A stretch of DNA of 64,000 nucleotides from a virus. The translations under genes were made by a program, and so were the position numbers. Positions 27,876 to 37,358 of the stretch are shown in pieces (the stretch's first letter is position 1; each line of letters starts with the position of its first letter). The notes beneath the pieces were generated by a model that was not told the origin of the DNA, searched no databases, and worked only from the letters and a program-made list of their open reading frames with translations. The DNA is taken from the IMG/VR virus record IMGVR_UViG_3300008265_000001. One strand, written 5' to 3'.

Positions 27876-28516
27876 GGTTTTAGGTAAAATACTGCTCCAT
27901 TTTTATACGTTTGTTTAGACCAACCTAAGCGGAGTAGTGAATCAGCAACAACTTTCTTGTCAAGTCCTTGGGTATCTTTAAGAATCTCAGACACTGTAAT
28001 TCGCGCTTTGCGAGTACCTTCAAGCAACTTAGTGATAACTCGGTCAACATACTCAACTGTTTCCACTGAGCCTTGATGTTTTGCAAGTTTTAGAGCTTTC
28101 TTCAAAGCGGTAAGAAGAAATTTATACTCAAAGTTGTATCGATAGTTGAAATTCTCACTCAACTTGCTGCTCAGTATGTCAATTGGGCTAAGGTCAAACC
28201 CATAGGCTCCTTTTTCTGCTTCTACACCATTGAAAATGATTTTTTGGGTATCTTTATCAATATCAAATCCACGAAGGTACTCAGGGTTGCTACGAAGGAA
28301 ATTAGCAAGACCGTCAACTTGTGCAATTTGAGCAGTGTCGAGGCTGTACTTATTTAGTGTGTTTGCTTGGTCGGCAAGAGCGATTGCTACCATTTTCCAA
28401 AGATTTTCTTGACTCTCTCTTGGACTGTTTTCGACCATGCAAGAAATTTTATCCATAGGTATCGGGGGCTTGAGTAGGCGTACTAATTCGATTTCCGTAA
28501 TCTTGGTTATATTCAT
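27872..28516 (-). CDS. hypothetical protein
   Basis: Track ORF 27872..28558. The first ATG is at 28516 (MNITKITEIE). Confidence 0.55.
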   Translation of the reverse strand: MNITKITEIELVRLLKPPIPMDKISCMVENSPRESQENLWKMVAIALADQANTLNKYSLDTAQIAQVDGLANFLRSNPEYLRGFDIDKDTQKIIFNGVEAEKGAYGFDLSPIDILSSKLSENFNYRYNFEYKFLLTALKKALKLAKHQGSVETVEYVDRVITKLLEGTRKARITVSEILKDTQGLDKKVVADSLLRLGWSKQTYKNGAVFYLKP

Positions 28517-28837
28517 TAATGAGTTTTTGTTTCTTTTTATTAATATAACACAAACCACAAAGAAGGCTATATCTATCTAAAGGAGTACTCAATATCAAAC
28601 CCTAAAACCACAACAAAACACCAACTTAACTTTCTTTGGCGAAGCAGACCTCACAAAAAGCACAACCTCACCAAAATTAAATCACAAACCACAAATCCGT
28701 TTTTTAGACTGTATTGTAGAATCCTTACACAGATTGAATTTCGAGCTTACTAATTTTTGTGTTTAATTCGCTAGGAATACTCCTACTACTTCTACTAAAA
28801 TCTTCACAGCCCTGCGGCGACTGAGCATCTACTAGCT

Positions 28838-29194
28838 TCAATGCCACCAACTAGGCACTTCAATTTTGTGCTGATTCTTAGCAACCCACTCTTTAGCTCT
28901 GGCATACTCATAATCCCTTATGCTACGCTCTGCATCTCTGCAGAACTCGAAAGGTCGGTCACAGACAATACCGTTGTATTTTTTGCAAACATACCAAGCA
29001 CTACCGTAAAACGGGTCATCTTGCACATTAATCGCGTAGGCATCTTTGACAATACCTTCAGCAACTTTTTCAGCAAACGCATCCAAATAGTCTAGTGTGC
29101 GCTGCTTCTTATCTATAACAGGATATTTGCGCCCTGACCAAGACTCGGTAGCTTCGTACAGAGATTCAATCCAACTGCGTAATAATTTTTTCAT
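28838..29194 (-). CDS. hypothetical protein (118 aa)
   Basis: Track ORF. Confidence 0.6.
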   Translation of the reverse strand: MKKLLRSWIESLYEATESWSGRKYPVIDKKQRTLDYLDAFAEKVAEGIVKDAYAINVQDDPFYGSAWYVCKKYNGIVCDRPFEFCRDAERSIRDYEYARAKEWVAKNQHKIEVPSWWH

Positions 29195-29195
29195 G

Positions 29196-29828
29196 TTAAG
29201 CTACAGCCTCTAGGTAGGGATTCCGAACAGTAATCACAGTTTCCTCGTCAGTAATCTCCGACTCAAGCGCAGGATAGCCGCTAGTATTCATGACAGCATC
29301 TTTCCAAAGAATATCTTCGCCATTCACATCTATCATGTTATGCCAAGCTATATGTGGGTAAGAAGGGTCATGAGCCGAGTAGTCCGTCTTGTAAACCGCC
29401 ACATAGGAAATCTCAACAATCTCAGGATTGAGCAACCACCACTTTTTACGCATCAACTGCACAAAGCGCTCGTTGTTATCTTTCTGCTGCTGGTTCAGGT
29501 ATTCGGTGATAGCGCAGTTTTTATTCAGTTGTTCTTCGTAGATAGATTCTAATGTGTCTGAGTGCGACAATTTAATCTCAACGCTTGCTGAAGGTAACTG
29601 CTCTGCAATCTCTTTCAAGTGCTTGATACCTCTGTCAACCAACTCTTCAACTCTAGTAACTGACCAGTCTAAATCTGGCTCATCAGTGTATTTAACTTTA
29701 AGACCTTCACCCTCAAAAGTAATAGAGCGCTCATCCCAATCGATGTCGAAAGTGAAATGAAGTCTCTGAGTACCTCTGGTGAGATATAGATGTTTTTCGG
29801 TAAGGCTGACTTCTGCTGTAAAACTCAT
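29196..29828 (-). CDS. hypothetical protein (210 aa)
   Basis: Track ORF. Confidence 0.65.
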   Translation of the reverse strand: MSFTAEVSLTEKHLYLTRGTQRLHFTFDIDWDERSITFEGEGLKVKYTDEPDLDWSVTRVEELVDRGIKHLKEIAEQLPSASVEIKLSHSDTLESIYEEQLNKNCAITEYLNQQQKDNNERFVQLMRKKWWLLNPEIVEISYVAVYKTDYSAHDPSYPHIAWHNMIDVNGEDILWKDAVMNTSGYPALESEITDEETVITVRNPYLEAVA

Positions 29829-29861
29829 GTTAATAACCTCTAAAATTATTTAATGTGACTC

Positions 29862-29889
29862 GCAGCTAGCGTCAGCTGACGCTAGCTGC
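29862..29889. repeat. 28-bp perfect palindrome GCAGCTAGCGTCAGCTGACGCTAGCTGC
   Basis: Read directly. It is its own reverse complement and lies in an 86-nt gap between two minus-strand genes. Confidence 0.9.
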
Positions 29890-29914
29890 AGAAAAGAACG
29901 CCAGTTAAATTGAT

Positions 29915-30358
29915 TTATTGAAACAATGCTATCCAGTCAATCTCATCAACACGTTTCTGAGTTATACTTCCGTCTGTGTTGCTGAAATCCATCAAAGTGT
30001 CATCTACAAAAGGTTTGCCAGCAAATCGGTCTTGATAAAACTGGTCGGTAAATCTCATGATAGTTCTAGTAAGGCATTCATGTAGTGAGTGAATATTTAC
30101 TCGTAGCCATTCAGCCGAAGGCTCTGACCAGTTTAGAGTCTTTTCGTCAAAGAAATAGTCGATAGCCAATGCTTTGTCTTTAGAGGTATGGGGGATAGTG
30201 CGCCTAAAAGATACTTGCCCCTTTTCCCAAGCGAAGTAAATTCTGACTGTGATGCCTAGTTTAGTGCAAAGTCCGACAAGATAAGTCTCAATAATATCTT
30301 GATACTTACTGAGTTGATTTGGGTGAGTTGACATATTATGCCTGTGTAATGTTCTCAC
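29915..30358 (-). CDS. hypothetical protein
   Basis: Track ORF (GTG start). An alternative ATG at 30334 is possible. Confidence 0.6.
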   Translation of the reverse strand: MRTLHRHNMSTHPNQLSKYQDIIETYLVGLCTKLGITVRIYFAWEKGQVSFRRTIPHTSKDKALAIDYFFDEKTLNWSEPSAEWLRVNIHSLHECLTRTIMRFTDQFYQDRFAGKPFVDDTLMDFSNTDGSITQKRVDEIDWIALFQ

Positions 30359-30397
30359 TTAGATTAACACAACCTCACCCGCATTGCAATACCTCTT

Positions 30398-30406
30398 TGG
30401 TACAAT
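30398..30406 (+). promoter_or_regulatory. extended -10-like box TGgTACAAT, 6 nt before the ATG at 30413
   Basis: Read directly. No Shine-Dalgarno between the box and the ATG. Confidence 0.3.
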
Positions 30407-30412
30407 AGATTC

Positions 30413-31813
30413 ATGACCATACTCTTCAGCATTTGCGTTGACACCACAGAAAAAGTAATTAAGCAGCAAACCATCACAGCCGCTTCTTTACCTATCATAG
30501 CAACTATTCTCAACTCATCTGATGTAAATATCACATCAACACTGTTTGGCATCTCCTCTCTACCATTAGACGCAAGCTACTGGACAGTCACAGGCAACAC
30601 CTGCAATAATAGCAGTGATATAAATTTTGGATTCGCCCTAACTGACTATGCGTTACCCCTCAAACTCCGCCTTACTACCTCTGACGGCATTATCGTTGCT
30701 AATGCTGCACTTTTGGATGTAACCGTAGAAACTGGCTCAGAACTGACTTTATACGCTGATACAGGCGTAACACTGACACTGGACTTCGGCACGGCTACGC
30801 TCAGCAACGCGATACTCAACCTACTCTTCAAGGGTAACAACACTTTCCCCAGCGCACTCAGTGCCAAATATTACGACAACAGCGATGCATTGCAAGCAAC
30901 CATTTCCCTGATGCCGAGCAAATGGTCAGAAAAAGAAGTCGGTACACTTGGCGAGATATTTTTCGAGTATGGTAACACACAGACGCTCCCTACGATAAAC
31001 AGTATTGTGAATTTGGCGCGAATAACTGATGCCAGTAACAATATTTGGTTCGAGGCAGACATATCTATACCTACGAACTTGAAGCCAAGTTCTATCATTT
31101 ACTCTAATAGCTTAGTATTAAGAATCCAAGACCCAGAGATAAATCTGGCGACATATACTTCGCCAAGCAACAATTCGAGCCTTCTGCACTTAGATTTCAA
31201 TGGACGGCTGAGTGACCAAAGCAGTAATTCAAAAATTGCATCGATGTCGGGTATCGAGTATGACTCAGAAAATAAATTATTTGGAACTGAGTGTCTAGTG
31301 GCTTCTGCGGGTACATCTATATCTTACGAGGGAGTAGTGTTTCCTAATGAATTTACACTGAATGCTTTTGTATATTTTACGACAGCCGCAGCAGGTCGTT
31401 TGACGACGTTGGCAGAAAAGAATGGGGTGTTCAAGTTAGCCAAAACTTCGAGTAATAACCTTGAGGTGTCAATAAACAATTCGGTGATTATTTCAACTTC
31501 GTGGGTTCCAGCTATAAATACATGGAATCACGTTTGGGTGCAAAAAACAGGCTCTCAGCTACGTTTGCGGGTCAATAGTGCAGACATAAACACGATAGCT
31601 TCTTATGCGACTACAACAGCAAGCAACAGCAACCCATTCGTAGTTTGCTCAGGGATTTTGGGGCTTTGCAACGGAATTTACCTCAGTTCAAGTAGTGCCG
31701 AGACTTTTGCGCCTTTTGTCCAGCCGTTGCCGAAGAGACGAAATTGTTGGGATGATATTTCGGTTTACGAGTGGCTAAATCTGGGGTTTTTACAATTGAA
31801 GAGCTATTTTTAG
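30413..31813 (+). CDS. LamG-domain protein (466 aa), fibre or receptor-binding candidate
   Basis: LLHLDFNGRLSDQSSNS...WNHVWVQKTGSQLRLRVNS is a LamG-type pattern. Confidence 0.75.
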   Translation: MTILFSICVDTTEKVIKQQTITAASLPIIATILNSSDVNITSTLFGISSLPLDASYWTVTGNTCNNSSDINFGFALTDYALPLKLRLTTSDGIIVANAALLDVTVETGSELTLYADTGVTLTLDFGTATLSNAILNLLFKGNNTFPSALSAKYYDNSDALQATISLMPSKWSEKEVGTLGEIFFEYGNTQTLPTINSIVNLARITDASNNIWFEADISIPTNLKPSSIIYSNSLVLRIQDPEINLATYTSPSNNSSLLHLDFNGRLSDQSSNSKIASMSGIEYDSENKLFGTECLVASAGTSISYEGVVFPNEFTLNAFVYFTTAAAGRLTTLAEKNGVFKLAKTSSNNLEVSINNSVIISTSWVPAINTWNHVWVQKTGSQLRLRVNSADINTIASYATTTASNSNPFVVCSGILGLCNGIYLSSSSAETFAPFVQPLPKRRNCWDDISVYEWLNLGFLQLKSYF

Positions 31814-31844
31814 GGTAGAATAAATAAAACCTAAAGGAACAAAC

Positions 31845-32078
31845 ATGGAACTCGATTTTAGTAAGCTTACGGAAAATCAGATACGAATCGCGGAGAAGGC
31901 TCAGGGGCTGGCTTTAGTAGACTTGAGTGAGAAAAATAGTGAAATGGTGTCGGAGCATCTTTCGATATTGTTTCAGATTCTGGAAATGAGCGAAGTTTTT
32001 TGGGATGAAGATGATGACGACGAGGACGAGCCTGTTGTTAAGCCCGACCCCGTTCCCGAAGATAATCGTAAATATTAA
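31845..32078 (+). CDS. small acidic protein (77 aa)
   Basis: Track ORF. AAAGGAA lies upstream, TAGAAT is at 31816..31821, and the tail is DEDDDDEDE. Confidence 0.55.
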   Translation: MELDFSKLTENQIRIAEKAQGLALVDLSEKNSEMVSEHLSILFQILEMSEVFWDEDDDDEDEPVVKPDPVPEDNRKY

Positions 32079-32770
32079 GTTGCAGTTCTAGCTTCTGGGA
32101 TTAGTTCTCCAGCTAAAAACTGCATCAAGCGATTCCCTGCATCCTTGGTTAGATTCACAGCTTTCCAAGGTTTTGTGGGGATTTCACCTGATAGTCTCAG
32201 TCTCTCGAAGTTTTCCAAAATAGTTACGACACTGACTTCATCTTTGGTCAGCCCTGCCTTGCGAGTCTCCACACCGATAAGTTGGTTGTTGTGCTTGTTC
32301 ACGGTTGCGAAGTGTATATCCTCGCATTTGTGTTTCCGCAATTCATTCATCAGGTCATGGTAGCCTTCAAGTTGCTTTTGTCGAGCAGCAGACTTAGTGT
32401 TGTGCCTTTTTAGCCCTTCAAGGTCATCGGTGCGCTCTACGATGGAATCTGCCAAACTAATATCAGCTTCGATGTAGGCAACAAATACTTCCTTCACAAA
32501 GACTTCAAAATCTGGACTCAACCATTCTGCAAGTTTGATTGCAATAAGTGGATGAATCCATGTACCACCACCTCGTCCTTGCTTAGTTTGAATAACCTCG
32601 ACTAAATCGAGGCTTAAATTCTTGCAACAAGCTTTGACAAAAATAGTAGTACTGTCTAAATCCTTAAACCTCCACCACTCCTTACCCTTACCGAATTGTT
32701 TGCACCATTTCGTAGCGTTAACGTAATTGTCATTTTCGCGCTTAGCGCTACTTACTAATTCATCAAACAT
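32075..32770 (-). CDS. KilA-N domain protein (paralog B)
   Basis: GGGTWIHPLIAIKLAEWLSPDFEVFV. Roughly two-thirds identical to 17000..17677 by eye over the C-terminal 150 aa. Confidence 0.8.
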   Translation of the reverse strand: MFDELVSSAKRENDNYVNATKWCKQFGKGKEWWRFKDLDSTTIFVKACCKNLSLDLVEVIQTKQGRGGGTWIHPLIAIKLAEWLSPDFEVFVKEVFVAYIEADISLADSIVERTDDLEGLKRHNTKSAARQKQLEGYHDLMNELRKHKCEDIHFATVNKHNNQLIGVETRKAGLTKDEVSVVTILENFERLRLSGEIPTKPWKAVNLTKDAGNRLMQFLAGELIPEARTAT

Positions 32771-32845
32771 TTGTTTTGCTGTTTACAACAACTTCATTGA
32801 AGCATCTATAATTTTATAAAACATCTATCTGAAGACATATACTAG

Positions 32846-32867
32846 AAAACCCAACATTGCTGCTGGG
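32846..32867 (-). terminator. possible terminator after phoH
   Basis: The minus strand reads CCCAGCA gcaa TGTTGGG TTTTC (7-bp stem with one G-U). Confidence 0.4.
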
Positions 32868-32897
32868 TCGTAGAAGGTTATTATCGGATACAGTCAG

Positions 32898-33602
32898 TTA
32901 AAGTTGCCCTTGCTGACGTAAATCATGCTCAGCAAGCAAATACCTTTTGCAAAGACCGCTTCTCACGATGTCTTCGATTTTAAAGTCTACACGTTGAAAG
33001 TCTTCTGGCATATTTGCTAACACCTTGAGGAAAGTAAGTACCCCAGACTTCTCATCTTCAAAACGAAAATCACTCTGGCGGTAATCTCCTGCGAAAATTA
33101 TACGAGAATTTTCTCCGATTCTCGTGATTACGCTGTCTAATTCGTGAAAATTTAAGTTTTGAAACTCATCGACAATGACTACGGAGTTTGAAATGGTAAG
33201 ACCCCTCACGAAAGAAGTGCTTTTGAACTCTAATGTTTTCTCTTTCTTCAGTGCATCATAAGGATTGGAGATTGTAGGTAACAATTCTGAAAATATTGCG
33301 CGATAGCAGTCCTCGAACGGGGCTTGCTTCTCAGACAAATCTCCTTTCAAGAAGCCTTGGTTACGAGTTGGGACTGTTGAACGGAAAATAACTACTCTCT
33401 CGTACTTTTTCAGTAGTAGCGACTTGAGAGCAAGATACAGCGCTAGGAAGGATTTTCCTGTTCCTGCATTCCCGCTTAGTACAAGGTTATAGTTCTCCGA
33501 CCAGTAATCTACAGCGAGTTGCTGGTTCTCTGTCTTCGGCTTTACTGTAAGAAGCTTATCTGTGGAAAATAGTGCGGTGGATTGGTTTCTTTGTTTAGCC
33601 AA
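32898..33602 (-). CDS. phoH: PhoH-like ATPase
   Basis: Walker A LSGNAGTGKSFLALYLAL and Walker B VVIVDEFQN. The size and layout are typical of phage PhoH. TTG start. Confidence 0.85.
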   Translation of the reverse strand: MAKQRNQSTALFSTDKLLTVKPKTENQQLAVDYWSENYNLVLSGNAGTGKSFLALYLALKSLLLKKYERVVIFRSTVPTRNQGFLKGDLSEKQAPFEDCYRAIFSELLPTISNPYDALKKEKTLEFKSTSFVRGLTISNSVVIVDEFQNLNFHELDSVITRIGENSRIIFAGDYRQSDFRFEDEKSGVLTFLKVLANMPEDFQRVDFKIEDIVRSGLCKRYLLAEHDLRQQGQL

Positions 33603-33631
33603 AATCTTTGCCTATGAGTTAGTTTTAATGA

Positions 33632-33862
33632 TTATACATTAAACAAACTACTCCAAGCAGCGTCTTCACTCGTAAACCAATCAAGACAAAGTATGCGAGT
33701 CTTTTTGCTCACAATGCACCATCTAGTCTCCATAAAGTCACCAATCATCTTACAGCCTTGTACCACATCGAATTTGGAGCGAATTTCAGCTTCTCGGTCA
33801 TTAAGGGCTTTTGCAATCTTTTCGAGTCGTTCAATATCGAATTTACTCAGCTTCATAGTCAT
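33632..33862 (-). CDS. hypothetical protein
   Basis: Track ORF 33632..33940, trimmed to the ATG at 33862 or 33856, which overlaps the upstream stop. Confidence 0.5.
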   Translation of the reverse strand: MTMKLSKFDIERLEKIAKALNDREAEIRSKFDVVQGCKMIGDFMETRWCIVSKKTRILCLDWFTSEDAAWSSLFNV

Positions 33863-34118
33863 CTTGATAAAAATGCCAGTGGCTAAGGTTAGTCCAAAAT
33901 TGCTCCAGTTCTTCCTCTCTAGTACCAAAGTACCGTTCATCGGAAGGTTTGAAAAAGATGTCTACCCAATCAAAAAATAAACAAACCATATAGCCTAGAC
34001 AAATTTGCGTGTCCCAGTACCACTCTACCCACCCCAGAAAGCTCTGAAGTTTTGGTTTGGTTGGATACACCATTTGGTCTTCTTCGGTAGCTTTTAAAGC
34101 ACGTTCAATGAGATTCAT
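33843..34118 (-). CDS. hypothetical protein
   Basis: Track ORF trimmed to the ATG at 34118, next to the upstream stop. Confidence 0.5.
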   Translation of the reverse strand: MNLIERALKATEEDQMVYPTKPKLQSFLGWVEWYWDTQICLGYMVCLFFDWVDIFFKPSDERYFGTREEELEQFWTNLSHWHFYQDDYEAE

Positions 34119-34119
34119 G

Positions 34120-34479
34120 TCACTCCATCCCCTTAAGTAACTCATAATATTTCTCTTCCCAGTATTGCTCTTTCTTTTCTGCTAAAGCTTGCAACTCAGC
34201 AGGTGATTTACCACTCTTTTTCTGCACAGTCACAAGGATAGTTTCGTGCGTTTCTAGGTGGTCTAGGCTGAACTCGATGTAGTTAGGCGCTTCCATCTCG
34301 TCAAGTAGCTCATGGAATGCTTCAGCCACGATAGGAACGATTTTTGACTTTAGTTTTAGGTCGATACTGTTGTCCTTGATTTGCATACTTTCGAGTGAGA
34401 TTTCGCCACAAATAGCTTGGCGAAGTTGGTCTTCCAGTTGTCTCACGTAGGGGAACAGTCTAAGAAAATGTCTAATCAT
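34120..34479 (-). CDS. hypothetical protein (119 aa)
   Basis: Track ORF. Confidence 0.6.
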   Translation of the reverse strand: MIRHFLRLFPYVRQLEDQLRQAICGEISLESMQIKDNSIDLKLKSKIVPIVAEAFHELLDEMEAPNYIEFSLDHLETHETILVTVQKKSGKSPAELQALAEKKEQYWEEKYYELLKGME

Positions 34480-34757
34480 ATTAACTCCATAGCTTTGTAA
34501 ACTTCTTGTGGAATATTTTCAGGCTGCAACCAACCTAAATTAAGGCAAACTCCGTAGTTATACCAATCACGACCGCAAAACTTTTCAAGATAGTACCAAC
34601 AACGTTTTACTGGTATGAAATCTTGTGCGTTCAGTATTTCTCGAACGCTGTAGTGAGGACAACTCTCTTTGATTGACATGATGAGTTTCAGTAAAATCAA
34701 CTCATCGTACTGATACCCCATTACCCTTGTTCGACAACAGTTTTTAGGTTTTCGCAT
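34476..34757 (-). CDS. hypothetical Cys-rich protein (93 aa)
   Basis: Track ORF with ATGA overlap. Confidence 0.55.
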   Translation of the reverse strand: MRKPKNCCRTRVMGYQYDELILLKLIMSIKESCPHYSVREILNAQDFIPVKRCWYYLEKFCGRDWYNYGVCLNLGWLQPENIPQEVYKAMELI

Positions 34758-34978
34758 CAGATTGCCGCAAGTGCCTTAAGGAGTTCAGCGCGTTCAGTAG
34801 TTATATAAGTTCCACCCTCTTTAGGTAATTTAAATTCAGTATCAGCAACATCGTAATGCTTAGGTGTGACATCATAAATCCTAAATCTACCTTGCTCAGT
34901 AGTTGGGTGAATAGTGGAGATATGTTCAAGTACAATTACCGTACCGTTTCGTAATGTATATAAGTGTCTTGTGTTCAT
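34757..34978 (-). CDS. hypothetical protein (73 aa)
   Basis: Track ORF. Confidence 0.55.
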   Translation of the reverse strand: MNTRHLYTLRNGTVIVLEHISTIHPTTEQGRFRIYDVTPKHYDVADTEFKLPKEGGTYITTERAELLKALAAI

Positions 34979-35041
34979 GTGCTTCTCTCGTAATTAACTA
35001 TTTGATATTACTCACAACACTTATCCATGTCATCATCCCAA

Positions 35042-35050
35042 TGGTAGAAT
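35042..35050 (+). promoter_or_regulatory. extended -10-like box TGgTAGAAT, 9 nt before the ATG at 35060
   Basis: TGGTAGAATAG is nearly identical to TGGTACAATAG at 30398. No SD. Confidence 0.3.
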
Positions 35051-35059
35051 AGTTACACC

Positions 35060-36832
35060 ATGAGCAGACCACCACGCAACGGCTATACGATAAACAGCGA
35101 TTTAGAGCTTTCGGCACTAGAGTCTTCATTATTACCTGAAAATACACCGCTAATCAACTTCGACCGCAAATGTTGGGGCGTTTACACGAACGTCGCCAGC
35201 AGCCTTAACGCATCATCTGGTTTCGAGTACATACCTCAGAACTCAATCGACGCATACACACTCACCTCAATCACCATTTCGACCGACACATACTCTCTTG
35301 ACCTCGCTGGCGCGACCCAATACATCAGTATCACCCTAGCAACCAACACGACCCTCACAATTCTCAATGCTGGCAAGTACACCAAATACTTCATCGAGTT
35401 GGTTCCAAATGGTCACATAATCAAGAATTTCACTGAACTTTTCGCGCTACCTAAGCAATACAGCCAAGCAACACTTCTCACAGCATATTTCGGCAAGCAA
35501 GTACTTGAACTACAATACATTAACAAACTTTACGCAAATATCAACTACTCCGACAACATCACTCCTGCTGGCGCAGTCGGTGCGGCAGAAAAAATAAATT
35601 GGGTAGCTCCTGCATCTGAAATTTTATATCTGGCGTTCGCATCTTCGGTCACGACGTATACAGGAAGCGGCATATCAAGCGTAAGTGCCACTGTAGGAAC
35701 TCCGAGTATCAGCAAGTCGCGCCTCTTACTTGGCTCCACTGGGCGGCTCGAAGCAACTAAGACCAGCGCACTAGATTTTGACGAAACTGATTTCACCATC
35801 TCCTTCTTTTCTGCCAAGACGAGCGTAGGCGAGTACGGTTGTATTCTAGGCAGCCACAAAGCGAGTAGCATAGGCTTTTATGTGGGTGTAGCGGCTGATA
35901 GCACCTTGTTTGCTGTCTTTGGTAGTAACGTACTTTCTTGTGCCTTACCAGACGATATCAAGGAGCATAGCGTCATCATTAATCGAATTGGGCGAGTCTA
36001 CAAAATATTTATAGATGGTATACTGAGCGCTCACCTCAAAGCAGCTAACAATTTCAACAACAACTCAACCGAGCCATTATGTATCGGCACTTTGAAGACT
36101 GCTACTGGAACACCCTCATGGACTTCACAAAGTTGGCAAGGATATCTGCGCCAGCTCACTATCAATACAGCAGCTAGCATTCCTTTTTCTGCCAATGATG
36201 TTCCACCAAAAGATACGTTAACTTCAACAACAGTCTTGCTGCTCAAATATAACGTCAATCACCTCGATTTTGCCCAGTACAGCCTCACAAGAAGTTTTAC
36301 GTCGAATGTTACGGTTCAACCACTCATTTCGTCAGGGAGGCTCAATAAGTACTCGCATATCGGCTATACAAACAGTAACTTGGAGATAACTGGCAATGTG
36401 ACGCTTGAAGCCAAGATATTCAATCCTATTGGCAACACTCGCGGAGCTATTATCGATGTTGAAGGTGGTTTTACGTGGGGCATCTATGACCTCAAGCTCA
36501 GAATCGTCTTTGGCAGCTTCACTTTGGATGGTGTGACTGATATTCCAGATAGTACAGTAGTTGATGTGTCTTTTGTAAAATCTGGTACAACTTGTTCGCT
36601 ATTCTTGAATGGAGTTCTTGAATCTACCAATACAACAAGCGAAGTGATGAATGCAAGCTCGTCAAGCTCGGAGTTCAGCATCAAACGTACTTTCACTCAA
36701 GATAGTGCGATAGCAAGTCTCAATACTTCATTGTTCCGCAGTAGGAGTTGGATTGAGATTGCACAGTTACGAGTCACCAAATCTGCGCGATACACTGGTG
36801 ACTATATTCCTGATGTTTTTTATGGTTCGTAA
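35060..36832 (+). CDS. protein with two LamG-like domains (590 aa)
   Basis: FTISFFSAKTS...HSVIINRIGRVYKIFIDG, and a second unit VTLEAKIF...VDVSFVKSGTTCSLFLNG. Confidence 0.75.
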   Translation: MSRPPRNGYTINSDLELSALESSLLPENTPLINFDRKCWGVYTNVASSLNASSGFEYIPQNSIDAYTLTSITISTDTYSLDLAGATQYISITLATNTTLTILNAGKYTKYFIELVPNGHIIKNFTELFALPKQYSQATLLTAYFGKQVLELQYINKLYANINYSDNITPAGAVGAAEKINWVAPASEILYLAFASSVTTYTGSGISSVSATVGTPSISKSRLLLGSTGRLEATKTSALDFDETDFTISFFSAKTSVGEYGCILGSHKASSIGFYVGVAADSTLFAVFGSNVLSCALPDDIKEHSVIINRIGRVYKIFIDGILSAHLKAANNFNNNSTEPLCIGTLKTATGTPSWTSQSWQGYLRQLTINTAASIPFSANDVPPKDTLTSTTVLLLKYNVNHLDFAQYSLTRSFTSNVTVQPLISSGRLNKYSHIGYTNSNLEITGNVTLEAKIFNPIGNTRGAIIDVEGGFTWGIYDLKLRIVFGSFTLDGVTDIPDSTVVDVSFVKSGTTCSLFLNGVLESTNTTSEVMNASSSSSEFSIKRTFTQDSAIASLNTSLFRSRSWIEIAQLRVTKSARYTGDYIPDVFYGS

Positions 36833-37341
36833 GAATCGTCTACTAGTGAGTCTAGACATATTTCGTTATTTTTAAGCCACGCTTCAGTTTCAAGCACTTT
36901 AGTATAAAGACCTCGCATTTCGGGGGATTCTCTGTACCACGCATAGTAGTTGTCTTCTGCATTCCTTTTCCACGACATTTCATGGTCAGACTTCGCTGTT
37001 AGTTCTGCATAAATTGATTGGCTAGGTGTGGGTGGTTTTTCTCCAGAATCTTTTGCCACTTTCGCTAGTTTTCTGAAATTTCTAATTTCTTCAGATTCTT
37101 GTAGTGGGGCAAATTTATAAATCCCCATCTTAGATGCCAATTCAGGACTAATTAATCTAGGGGAGAGTCCTGATACAGCGTCATAGTCCCACCTTTCCGT
37201 GTTGATGTATACCCAACCTTCAGCCTCCATCTTAGTGACATATAAGGATGTGACTAGTTGTTTCTGTAGCCTTGCGTTCTCTACAGCTTCATCTAGCAAA
37301 GCTATTTGAGATTGATACCAGTCTAAGTCAATTTTTTCCAT
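36820..37341 (-). CDS. hypothetical protein
   Basis: Track ORF trimmed to the ATG at 37341 (MEKIDLDWYQ). Confidence 0.6.
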   Translation of the reverse strand: MEKIDLDWYQSQIALLDEAVENARLQKQLVTSLYVTKMEAEGWVYINTERWDYDAVSGLSPRLISPELASKMGIYKFAPLQESEEIRNFRKLAKVAKDSGEKPPTPSQSIYAELTAKSDHEMSWKRNAEDNYYAWYRESPEMRGLYTKVLETEAWLKNNEICLDSLVDDSYEP

Positions 37342-37343
37342 GA

Positions 37344-37352
37344 TGTTAAAAT
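37344..37352 (+). promoter_or_regulatory. extended -10-like box TGtTAAAAT, 6 nt before the ATG at 37359
   Basis: Read directly. No SD. Confidence 0.3.
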
Positions 37353-37358
37353 AAATAA

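Noticed and set aside
9037-36832. Possibility of a diversity-generating retroelement targeting the FN3/LamG/fibre genes.
   Set aside because: No reverse transcriptase (no YxDD-type motif in any ORF) and no template/variable repeat pair with A-specific mismatches were noticed.
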